This document shows positions 23,719 to 34,448 of a stretch of DNA of 64,000 nt, piece by piece. This stretch comes from Rhodosorus marinus CCMP1338. Lineage: Eukaryota > Plantae > Rhodophyta. The notes beneath the pieces are model-generated. The model was given only the letters and a program-made list of their open reading frames with translations, had not been told where the DNA came from and searched no databases. Each line of letters starts with the position of its first letter. The first letter of the stretch is position 1. The stretch is from positions 1,798,001 through 1,862,000 of the forward strand of contig JAMWBK010000004.1 in NCBI GenBank assembly GCA_029953675.1, in the 5' to 3' direction. Both the position numbers and the translations under genes were made by a program.

Positions 23719-26113
23719 AACTTTTTCTCAGCACAAAGTATTCCCAGCACAGAAGCAAAAAAAAAACCAGGAAATCCGCTAAACACCAGTACAACAACCT
23801 CTGTGGCTACCCTCTCCTCCAAAACAGGTCCACCAACAAGGCTCAGCAAAAGCTCCTCATTGACACCAGGTGACTTCTTCAACTACTCCGAGCCTCAGCT
23901 ACAGTCCTCCAAATCCAAGTCGTAGCAAAATCCTCTTACGAAAGGACGGATTATCAGTGTACATTGTATACAAAATTATCCATCTCTCCCAATATTCTTG
24001 AAAACTCTTTCAGCCCTCATCAGCTGCTCCCTCCCCCAGCCCTCGTACCGACCACATCAACTCCAATCCCAGCTGTCCCCGTCGGTGTTCCCCGTTGAAT
24101 CCATTCCGATCAATATTCCAATATTCGAGATAAAAATGATATATTCAATCAAAAAGGATAAAATGATTGAACTTTGCGAATGGTAAAGCTGGTTTTCTCG
24201 GTTTGCGTATGGATCGGATCCTCAACGTACTGATCATCATCTCTGCCGAGTTCTGGCGACTTGTGAGGATAGCAGTTATGGAGGATACTCGGATAAACGC
24301 TGGCTCGGATGGAGCAGCAGACAAAATTTGTAATGCGGAAAATACTGGAAAAGTGGTTGTGATTTGTGGCCTTTGTTTGGTCATGCTGATGCTGTTTTGC
24401 CTGGAGCCATGGACGTCTGGATATCTGCAGGTGTCCCCAGGCCTATGTGAGAGCTCTTTTGAGCCGCTGCTTTCTCGTTCCGTGTACCGGGACAGGAGGA
24501 ACAAAGTTCCAGATATCTCCCTTATTTCGGAGAACTCCGTCTACAACCAGTTAATCAGCGAGCTTGGGGTCTCGCCCTAGTTAAGCTCCCGTCTGTATTA
24601 TCTAGCTCATACTCCATCCGTTGTCTCGTGGCTTGACATCCGGTACTTACATGATTGTTAGGAGCGACACACGAGGAATAGGAGACACCCTGAACGTAGG
24701 GATTTATATATCTCATTTGAAAAGTAGGTTTGAGTTCGGCTAGTACGTATCGAAAAACTAATCGATCTTCCTTCCTATTACTATTTTTTTTGGAGTGACA
24801 CCTAAAACCAGCATGCCTCAGTTGTGTGCGTGTGACAATGACTTTGTCACCTTCATACACCAGCATGGTATTAATGTGACAAAGTCTTCGTCATGGCCGG
24901 AATAGGGCCAAGGACATCTGAATGATCGATATCAACTACTCTCAATATGCTTTCCTTTCGCAGGCTGAGACGGGTGCTAAATGGTTTTGTCACCTTCGTA
25001 GACGAGTACAGCAGACACGCAAGGGTCTATGGAATTGGGCAGAAAACTGAGGCGTGCTGACCTTCGGGTGCACTCGAACAATACTAAATAGTCAATTACT
25101 AATAATTACTAACCCGCGTTACAAGCCGAACCCAATGAAGTCACCCCCCCGTTACCACACATTTTCTACGACCCCGCAAATTGCTACACCCCCCTTATAA
25201 AGTATCTGTAAAATCTTCCGCACCACATTTAATATCATATAGAAGTAATTTTGTTATACCTTCCAGCACTAACTCGTCTTCTTAGACAAACCCGTAACAG
25301 ATTTTGCCGATAGATGCATCTTCAAAGCATCGATTCCACCATGCCCTGGAGGAATTGTCTTTTTGGCGGCATAAACCCCCCAAAGTAACGTCCAATCCAA
25401 CCTAAAACCTTGTATTGCTAAATTTATCTAAACGTACAATGGGACAGTCTGTCTCCTTTTCTGAATGAAATTGATGACTTTTGTTCACAGCCCGCTTTCT
25501 CGCGGTTGCTGTTTGCGTCTCGAACTGAACGCTTTCAAAGAAGACAACTGAAGTACTGGAAAAATTAACACTTATTCGTTTGTATGATATGTAAAACACT
25601 CTCCCATCCATTCAATGCTGTTTCTGATGAGAGGAAGAATGGTTTCAATCTGCGTATCTCTGAGCGTGGAAAAGGAGAGGAAGCATTGCCGCCTTTCCCT
25701 CAGATCCCCCTCCTCCACACACCCACCGAGGATGGAGCTTGATTTTGCATCTATGTATATCCTTGAGAGGGAGACCGTTTCACCGCGTGGTGATATCTTC
25801 TCAGTTCCAATTTTCTCCTGAATTTTCCCTTCACCGCGTGGCTAACATGAACTGGTTGCTCTCTTTAAAGAGTTTGGCGTTGCCCTCCCCAACTGAATGG
25901 AATCTGCCGGTCCCGTGGAAGGTTGAAAACATTTAGTTCGATCTTTCCGTCTGCTGAGACAGATTCGTTTCGTTGGGGAGGGTGACGAGGGTTTGGAAGG
26001 AAGGATGGGATTGTAGTCTTCTTTTAGATTTGTTGTAGTGTTGAATTGAAGGGTTTGCGTGATTTGAAGAGGAGGTTTTTTTTTCTCCTTGTTTTCCGAC
26101 TTCGAAGTTCGGG

Positions 26114-27898
26114 ATGGCGGAAGGGGAAAAGAAGGGAGGAATGTTTTTAAAGTCGTTGAGGCCCAAGACCTCAAAGCCGGCTCCAGAGCCTTCCGAGAAT
26201 CGTGTTTTAGACAAGATGGTGAAGGAGTTGGTGGACGATGTGCTGAGGACCGGTAGGTGCATGTTGATGGCATATGAGATATTTCTGCCCTCGTGACCCT
26301 TCAGCCTCACGGGTGTTTATGTGCTGATTAAGTTCCCTTTGGCTTGATTAGGACGAAATGGTCACTATGGAGAGGAGCTGAAGGTCAACCTGCTGGAGTT
26401 TTGTAGGTCGGAGCTGACCACTGCCTCGGCGTGTGCCAGAGCGATCCTTCATGCTCTCTCCTTGCGATCGCGGCCAGTGCTGGATATTTTAGATCTCCTG
26501 TATTTCATGGTGAAGAATCTGGCGAATTTCTATAAGCTGGTTGGCAACGATTCCTACTTCAGACTTCTGTGGCAGATCGGGCTCCCTTTGGATCTTGGAA
26601 AGAATGTGAAGAAGATTTTCAAGAGAAAGGATGGTCCTAAGCTGATATCCCCATCTTCGGCTGAAGGTAAACTGCAATCACAGAGGCTGGATACGCAGTG
26701 ATTGGTCGGTGTTGGTCTAAGTTGCTTCGATATGTGATTTGCCCCATACAGCAAAAGAAACGTTGATGCTGATTCGTGCCTGGTCCGAGGAGCTTGAAGG
26801 TGCGGGGATAGCGGATAGGTCGGCTACGTATATCACTGAAGCCTATCGACAAAAACAAAGCGTGGCTGAGTTTCCGGAAGTAGACCAGAGCCGAGGTCCG
26901 TACGTGGCATATGGGGAAGGGCCTCAGCCCACCGCGGCCGCGGCCGCGGCCTCATCTAGTACATCGCGCCGAGGGGTAAGTTTGCCAAAAGCGTGGACTC
27001 TAGTAACGAATTATAGATTTCTCACATGTGGACTCGTCCCTAGGTTTCAAACGCAGAGAACAAGTTGACTCTTGAAGATGCGGAAAACACTGTTTCGCTG
27101 CTGGAGAGTCAGCTGGAAAACGCAGATCCGGCAACGGTAGGCGATGATGACGTAATTGCGCAAGTTGCTGACCAGGTTAGGGTGGAGCTTCTCGACTTTC
27201 AAACGATCATGAGGAACTCGCCCAACGAGGATGTAAGAGCTATTGAAGTCAGTGAGAGGATGCAGGAGAGCCTCAGGAGATATGAGGGAATGGTGAAGGG
27301 GGATATTGTAGCGCCCATCGTGTCGGACTTGGGTCCACCGCAAGCGTCAACCCGTGTAGCTGCAGGCAGCGACGGAAACGTTACCAAGTCTAGATCCACC
27401 GCGTCGGCTCGACCAGTGTATGCGCAAGGATCCGTTCCGGTCGCCACTGGCGCCCCACCACAGGGCTATGGTGCTGGAGCCCCACCAGCCCCACCAACCC
27501 AGACTACACCTCCTCCAGGGTCGTACACTGTGACGTACGCACCTACCGCAGCCCAAGCTCCTGCTCAAGCTCCTCCGCAAGCTCCTTCGCCTCAGCCGTC
27601 TTCTGCTGGAGTTCCTATTGCAGTACCACTCACCGCAGCAGCCGTGGGCGGTGCTGCTACAGCCACTGCTATGTATCAGAGACCCGTTTCTCAAGCACCA
27701 GCGGCCGCGCCGCAAACGGGACCACCAACTGCCCAGCAAACGATTGCTACAACGAAAGCACCTGCACCTGTACCAGCACCAGCACCGGTACCAGCACCAG
27801 CAACTGCCCCTACCCCTGCCCCAGCGCCGGTCTTTATACCTGCTCCAGTGCCAGTCCCTGTCAACGTTCAAAGAGCACCTGCTAGCAAGCCCACGTCT

Positions 27899-27945
<47 letters not shown>

Positions 27946-30615
27946 AGCTCCAGCTCCAGCTCAGCCACGAGTGCCGGTTGTTGCGCCATCTCCTGTGTCC
28001 GTCCCTGTGACCACTCAAAGCGCTCCTGCACCTGCACCAGCTGCTGCACCCGTACCCGCACCAGCACCTGTTGTGGTACCCGCTCCTAAGCCCGCCCCTG
28101 TGACTACTCAAAGAGCTCCTGCTCCTGCTCCTGCTCCTGCATCTAAGTCTGCTCCTGCATCTTCCCCTATTCCTGCCTCTGCCCCTATTCCTGCCTCTGC
28201 ACTGGCACCGGCCAATGCTCCTGCGCCCGCGCCAGCTGTCGTTCGGGCACCAGGGCCAGCACCGGTTGTTGTTCCTGCTCCTGTGCCAGTCCCTGTGAAA
28301 GCCGAAAGAGCTCCAGCTGCTGTACCGGATCCTAAACCTGTTCCTAAACCGGTGCCTGCTTCCGCTCCTGCCGCACCACCAGGCGCTCCTGTTACTGTCG
28401 CGGTTCCTGTAGCAGCTCAATCAACAAAAGAGGTTCCCGAGAAACCTGCTGAACCTGAGGAACCAGCGCCGTCAACTCTGAAGGAGAAATCAACAGACAA
28501 GGGAGACTCAGTCGCTGCTGTGACCATGTCTGCGCCTGTTCCCTCCACCAAAGCAAGCGAAGCAGGGAACGTGAAAACCCTCACGAAGTTAAAATCGTCC
28601 TCAGATGTTCTTGATCAGTCTGCGTCGAAGAAAACGAATCTTGCACCTGAACAAGCTGTGAAGGGCATTCAAACTAGTGAAACGGGGCTAGATTCAGCAG
28701 CGGTCCCTACGGCCAAGGAAGCACCCATACCAGCGCCCGTAGCAGTTCCAGCTCCTGTTCCAAAGTCAGCACCTGCACCAGTTCCGGCTCCGGTAACAAC
28801 ACCAGTTCCGGCTCCTGTACCAGCACCAGTTCCGGCCCCTGTACCAGTGCCAGTACCAGCGCCAGTACCAGCGCCAGCACCAGCACCAGAGTCAGCACCT
28901 GCGCCAGCACCAGCACCCGAGTCAGCACCTGCGCCAGCACCAGCACCAGAGTCAGCACCTGCACCGGAGCCTGCACCAGTTCCGGCTCCGGTAACAACAC
29001 CAGTTCCGGCTCCTGTAGCAGCACCAGTTCCGGCTCCTGTAGCAGCACCAGTTCCGGCCCCTGTAGCAGCAGCAGTTCCGGCCCCTATACCAGTGCCAGT
29101 ACCGGCGCCAGCACCAGCACCAGCACCAGCACCAGCACCAGCACCAGCACCAGCACCAGCATCGGTACCAGCGTCAGTGCAGGTACCAGTACAGGTACCA
29201 GTAGAGGCACCAGCACAGGCCTCAGAACCAGTACCTGCCGCCACCGGACCCACAGAAGTATACGCTCCTGCTCCCCTGCCTGAATCCTATGCAGCATATG
29301 CACATGTTCCTGCCTACGGCGCAAGGGGGGCACCCGCAGAGGTCGTTTACACAACAATACCTCTTGGCCCCCCGGAGGCAGTACAGGGTTCGCCTGTTGC
29401 TGCGCAGCAGTACGGCGACCAGTACATGATACCGCAAGGGCGGATGATGGCAGCTGAGGCTCCGCCGCCACAGCAATATGCGCAAGTTTCTTACGCCGGA
29501 GCACCCCCGCCTGCGCGAGCTGAATCAAGGAGACGAACCGGGATTGATGAACCTGCTGAGTATCAACAATCTAAGCCAAAAGAGCCGAGCCGTAGGAAAT
29601 CCTCGCGTAATGCTCAAGGAGAATTGACGAAGTCAAAGTCATCAAAGAATTCGGGACGAAGCAGCTCTAGGGGAGTCCCGTCTGAGCAAGGTATGAAGAA
29701 ACAGCATTATGGCGCTAAGCCTTTCTCTGTTTGTATTTGAGAAACTTACTCGGCCTGTGGCGTATGCAGCACGTGTTCCTGTCGTGGCTGATCCGGATGG
29801 CATTGAACGGGCCTACATGACAGCACCATCGCAGCCTGTCCCCGCGCCGCAGCTCGTGGCTATCGGGGATCAGTTGTACTACGCTCACACCCAGTACACT
29901 GACGAGTCGGGCCGACCAATACAAGTAAGAAGTGTACCCACGGAACAACCTCCTGCACAAGTTCTATACGCTGGGCAGCCACCGCAGCAGCAGCCGTTGC
30001 AGCAGCCAGTAGTACGCCCGCAGCCTGTTGCAGCACCACCACAGCAACAGTTTGTATATGTTCCTGGAGTTGGCTACCTGCCGGTGAAATCGGAGCAATT
30101 TGCACAAACAAGCGCAGCCCCGCCCCAGTACCAGCAATTGGAGCAGCCTATAGAGAATGCACAACAGGCGCAGTATAAGACCGTTCAGGTGACACCACCG
30201 AGAAGCTCCTCCCGCAACTCTGCGAATTCAGCGATTGCGTCGAATCTTGAGGCGCTCACAAGACCCCAGACTGTTCGACAAGAACCGACCTATACAAGCG
30301 CCCCACCACAGCCAGCAGAGCTTGCTCCGGTTCAGCAACCTCAAGCGGTGGCACCCTCATACCAGTCGATTCAACAGGCGTATCAAACGGTCCCATCAGG
30401 ACAAGCCTACGTGATTGGAGTACCTCAACAAGCGCAACCGCAGCAGGTATGAAACGAACAGGGCTGCTATGCACATGCACTATGCCTCTTGTTGACAAAC
30501 AATTTTAATTCCGTACGTGTTGTAGGTCGTGTACGCACCGCCACAGTACGAACAACAACTGCCGCCGCCTCCTCCTCCAGATCAATACTACACTCAGTAC
30601 TACACTTCTCGCTGA
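26114..30615 (+). CDS. TOM1-like VHS-GAT protein with a very long Pro/Ala-rich linker and a Gln/Pro/Tyr-rich tail, multi-exon
   Basis: VHS-like exons ([23 protein letters not shown]...[27 protein letters not shown]...[14 protein letters not shown]...ITEAYRQK...EFPE) and GAT-like helices ([19 protein letters not shown]...[15 protein letters not shown]). These are followed by roughly 600 aa of PA/PV repeats. The final exon [29 protein letters not shown] ends at 30615. Confidence 0.72.
27760..29225 (+). repeat. Coding low-complexity (Pro-Ala/Val)n array with hexamer microsatellites and duplicated blocks
   Basis: (GCTCCG)n then (GCTCCA)n at ~27899-27960, (GCACCA)n at ~29111-29158, three [10 protein letters not shown] units at ~28870-28965, and two [12 protein letters not shown] blocks at ~28780 and ~28980. 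Confidence 0.95.
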
Positions 30616-31643
30616 CTTTTGTACGATGGATTTTGAAAGTTTTGTAGCAACAAGTATTCCTATACTATTCCGCTGATTCCTCGGATACGTTGATCGGCAA
30701 TTTGTTTTTTTTTTGGATGTGAACAAAGAACACAGCAATGGAAGTGTGCTTGATGATTTCAACTGGAAAGAAGAGAAACCATTCCAGACCTGTCAGGAAA
30801 AGTTACTCACGCTGTCACAGCGCGAAAGAGTCGCTCTGCGTGCCTACCACCTCAAGCCCGTGACAAACTATCTGAGAACAGGATCCTTCTAGCACTGCAA
30901 CACCCGACTTTTGAGAAAGGTTTTCCAATGTGTCCCAATCGATTGAACAGAGGCTGACCCCAAGGAGGTTACATCAATCCAATATACATCAAGATTGGAT
31001 GAGTCAATATCCTAAACTTGTGAGTCCACCTACGAGAATCTAGCCGCATTGAGGACAGAACACCAATCATTGTTACTGAAACCCTAAATTCCATGTAAAT
31101 CCGTCAACGATGTTTTTTTCACAGAAAAAAACATTATATCCAGAGAGTTCCCGAACCGGCAACCCTCTCCGCTCCCAACCCCCCCCCACGGACTCCATCT
31201 AAAAATCAGCCGGGGATCTAAAACAACATAATTATTTTAACAAGAAGTATTTTATTCCGGGTACCAAAATAATGTTCACCCCAACCCCCCTATCAACAAC
31301 GAAACACTCAATCGATGACATGACAGGCTGTCCTTTGTTTTTGGCGATTAGTTAAGCGGTTTGGCCGCGTGGTATCAGTAGCCAATATCATAATCCTCGA
31401 TTTGTCCCGGATATTTCTTCTGGAATTTTTAGATCTGGCGAAGGCGCCTTTACGAGATGGGATTCGGGCTTCGGGCGAGTGGAGGATATAGTGCGGACTT
31501 TTTGGGGGGTGTTGAGGGTGGGAGTGGGGAGAGTTGTGGTTGGGATGGGTTGAGGAGGAAGGGAGTGGAGCTGTGAAAGATCTAAGATTGTGAAGAGGAG
31601 GAGATAAGAAGGATAAAGTTTGCTTGTTTTCTGCTTTGGATTT

Positions 31644-31665
31644 GTTGTTGTTGTTGTTGTTGTTG
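31644..31665. repeat. (GTT)n microsatellite upstream of the RRM gene
   Basis: Direct read ttgttgttgttgttgttgttg. Confidence 0.85.
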
Positions 31666-31890
31666 TGTGCTGGGAGTGTTCTCTGCGAAAGAGTTTCCGA
31701 GCTTGGTTTTGTTTTTAGGTTTTTTTTTTGGCTTGAGTTTGGGTCTGGTTGAGCTTTTGTTTCCTGTTTTGCTTTGTACAATTGGTATTGTCTTGCTTGG
31801 ATCTGCCTGGCTTGTGCTATCTTCGTTTTGATTTGTTCTGTTTTTTTTGGTGGTTGAGGGGGGGGGAGGGTAGTTTATAGGTTTTGAGGA

Positions 31891-33779
31891 ATGGAAGGGG
31901 GGGAGGGTGAACAGGTTCCGGACGCTCATGCAGCCGCGGATGATTTGAAACCTGCTTTGGGCGAAGGTGAGGATGAACGCAGAGATGCTCTCCCGGGGGC
32001 GGTAACGGCGAGTTCCGTCGGGGTCGAACTCGGGAATCCGCAAGGTGAAGGCCATCGGAAGCGCTCAGCCCCGAGGAAGGAGGAAGATCCAGATTCAAAG
32101 CAAGGGAAGGTCTTCATTGGCGGGCTCTCGTGGGAGACAAATGAAGATTCACTCAAAGACTATTTCGAAAAGTTCGGCAAGTTGATAGATTGTGTAATTA
32201 TGCGAGACAGGCAGACTGGAAAACCTAGAGGTTTTGGTTTCGTAACATTTGCAGAAGAAGCAGACGCTAAAGCCGCTGTTCAAGAAAGACATGAACTTGA
32301 TGGTCGTGAGGTGGGAATATCTTAGAACTACTTCTAGATCATAGAAATACTGACACACCCCAACCGATGGGCAAGATGGGCCTAGCCAATCTGCCGGATG
32401 CAGTGTCGGAGTGGGCCAATCCACGAGCCCGCTCACGGGTTTTGCGGATCCACTGTCCGAACGACACCTCAAACAGTTTCGAAGGTTTCTAGACTCAGAC
32501 CTTTTAATCTGAAGTGCAGTCCTTGGTATGTTACGTACTTTGATGTTCATAGGTTGAGGCGAAACTTGCAGTTCCACGGAGCGAATCCAATGGTATAGGC
32601 TATCTCTTAATTGTTAACTTCGGAATTACCGCAGCGAGCTAGTGATGGTCATGAGTCACTCGTACAATATTTCGAGAACTCTCGAGATTTCTGCAGAGAT
32701 ATTGAAGTAGAAGATATCAACGGCTATCTCATGGTTCCGATTGAAGTAGGCCGCTGAAAGCAATGGTAGGATCAGGACTAAGTGTTAGTAACTTTTTTTG
32801 TATGTGACAGCGGCGAACAATGCCCCTAGGCCCACGAAGAAGATCTTTGTCGGTGGTCTACCCCATGACATACGTAGCGAGGATTTCAAGGATTTCTTTA
32901 CCAAATACGGTGCGGTAGAAGATGCACAAGTTATGATCGATCATAGAACAGGGAACTCTCGAGGTTTCGGCTTTGTAACCTTTCAAGATGAGGACGCTAC
33001 CGAAAACGTTCTCGGTCGGGGCTCGAACACAACAAAAATTGATATTAACGGGAAAATGGTGGAGGTTAAGAGGGCGGAGAGTAGAAACGCGTTGGTGAGC
33101 TGGACTATCACAGTTTTCATTTCGGAACAACAGCACGTATCTCTTAGGGTAAGTTCGTCTTTCCTTCCTTTGCAACAGTCGAGAAGAGGGGACCAGCAAG
33201 GGAGCGACCAAAGAGGTGATCGAAGAGGCAACTCAGGAGGCTCTGCAAACGCATCCCAGGGCCAGAATTCGATGTCCCAGGGCTCTATGCAGGGGATTAG
33301 TCCACACCTCGCCGCTCAGTACGCGAACTACTATGGAGGAACCGCCGCAGTTTGGCAGCAATGGGCAGCTGCTCAGGCTGCTGCGGCGGTAGCGGCGTAT
33401 CAGCAGGGAGGATCACAGAGTGGTGACCAGGCTGGCTATGGCTCCTCACAATCACCCAGTACAGGAGCAGCAAATATGTATCAGAACCTCTACAACAACG
33501 CCTATGGAGGCTTTCAACCCGGCTCGTATGGGACGGACGGTAAGACTGAAGTACTTGACACCCTCCCTCTCTGCGTTTAGCTTGAACATGCTTGTGTATT
33601 GTGCTTACACCTTAGCGCGGGGAGGGTATGGAGGAGCCGGCGGGGACTTTCAAGGGTCGAGCGGATCAGGGGGATATTCCAATGGTGGAGGTGGTAGGAG
33701 TTCCGGCGGAGGCGGAAGTGCGGGAGGCGGGAGGCAGGGTCAGAGTCGAAACGAGCGATATCACCCTTACGGAAGATAG
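31891..33779 (+). CDS. Two-RRM hnRNP A/B/D (Musashi/HRP1-like) RNA-binding protein with a Gly/Gln-rich tail
   Basis: RRM1 [11 protein letters not shown]...RGFGFVTF, micro-exon [13 protein letters not shown] (~32552-32591), RRM2 KKIFVGGLP...[11 protein letters not shown]...VEVKRAE, C-terminus [10 protein letters not shown] (PY-NLS-like). Confidence 0.92.
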
Positions 33780-34448
33780 AAGACATGAGCAGGTGCGCAG
33801 ATATCTTGAACGGAACTTCAACATTCGGTGAGATCAAGGGTGCCGGGTTATTTTGCAATTTTCCTGAAGCGGAACCTTGCTGTGTTCCAGGTCCGCGGTA
33901 AATGTTTGTCTTTTTCTTCCCCCGCTTTTGACGACGTCCAATCTGATGAAGGCACGCGGATATGTTCTTGGCCGGGGCAGAAGTCAGCCTATTTGAGGAA
34001 CGTTCCTGCTCTGTCTGAGTAGCTCGGGGAACAACGTAGCATAAGCGTGAGTTCTAGCAGGGCTTCGGCGTTAACGTTTTGGTTGTCATGTTTCGAGTAT
34101 TTCCACATTCAAAGGGGGTTTAGTTTTTGCACCGGAATAGGGTGTTCTTCAGTGTCATTAAAAGCCCTGTTTTTGCTCTTGGGCTCTCCAGTTTTGGAAA
34201 CCTTTGCAGAAAAACAGTCGAAGCTCAGTCCTGTGGAGAACAGGAGAAAGAGGTGGTTCTATCGATTCACCTTCTTGGCAAAACGAGCTTCGTACATTGA
34301 GTTGCTGGAAGGCCCACTGCAGCATGCAGTCCGAGGCTTCCAGTGGCCAGATGAGAACAGTTTGAAGCGTCGAGACTACATGCCCTTCATTCTACATGTC
34401 TGGCAACACCTTAAAAAAAAGTTACAACACACGATTTACAAACGCTCC

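Noticed and set aside
27899-29160. Tandem repeats as a possible CRISPR array or satellite
   Set aside because: They are hexamer coding repeats with no unique spacers, in a eukaryotic context.
27347-29528. Long minus-strand ORFs (357, 194 and 147 aa) rich in RS, GA or VL repeats
   Set aside because: They are antisense or alternate-frame shadows of the Pro/Ala repeat exon; such repeats lack stop codons in other frames.
32592-32810. Possible intronic C/D snoRNA (GTGATGG...CTGA)
   Set aside because: Box C is imperfect, with no terminal stem or recognisable rRNA guide.
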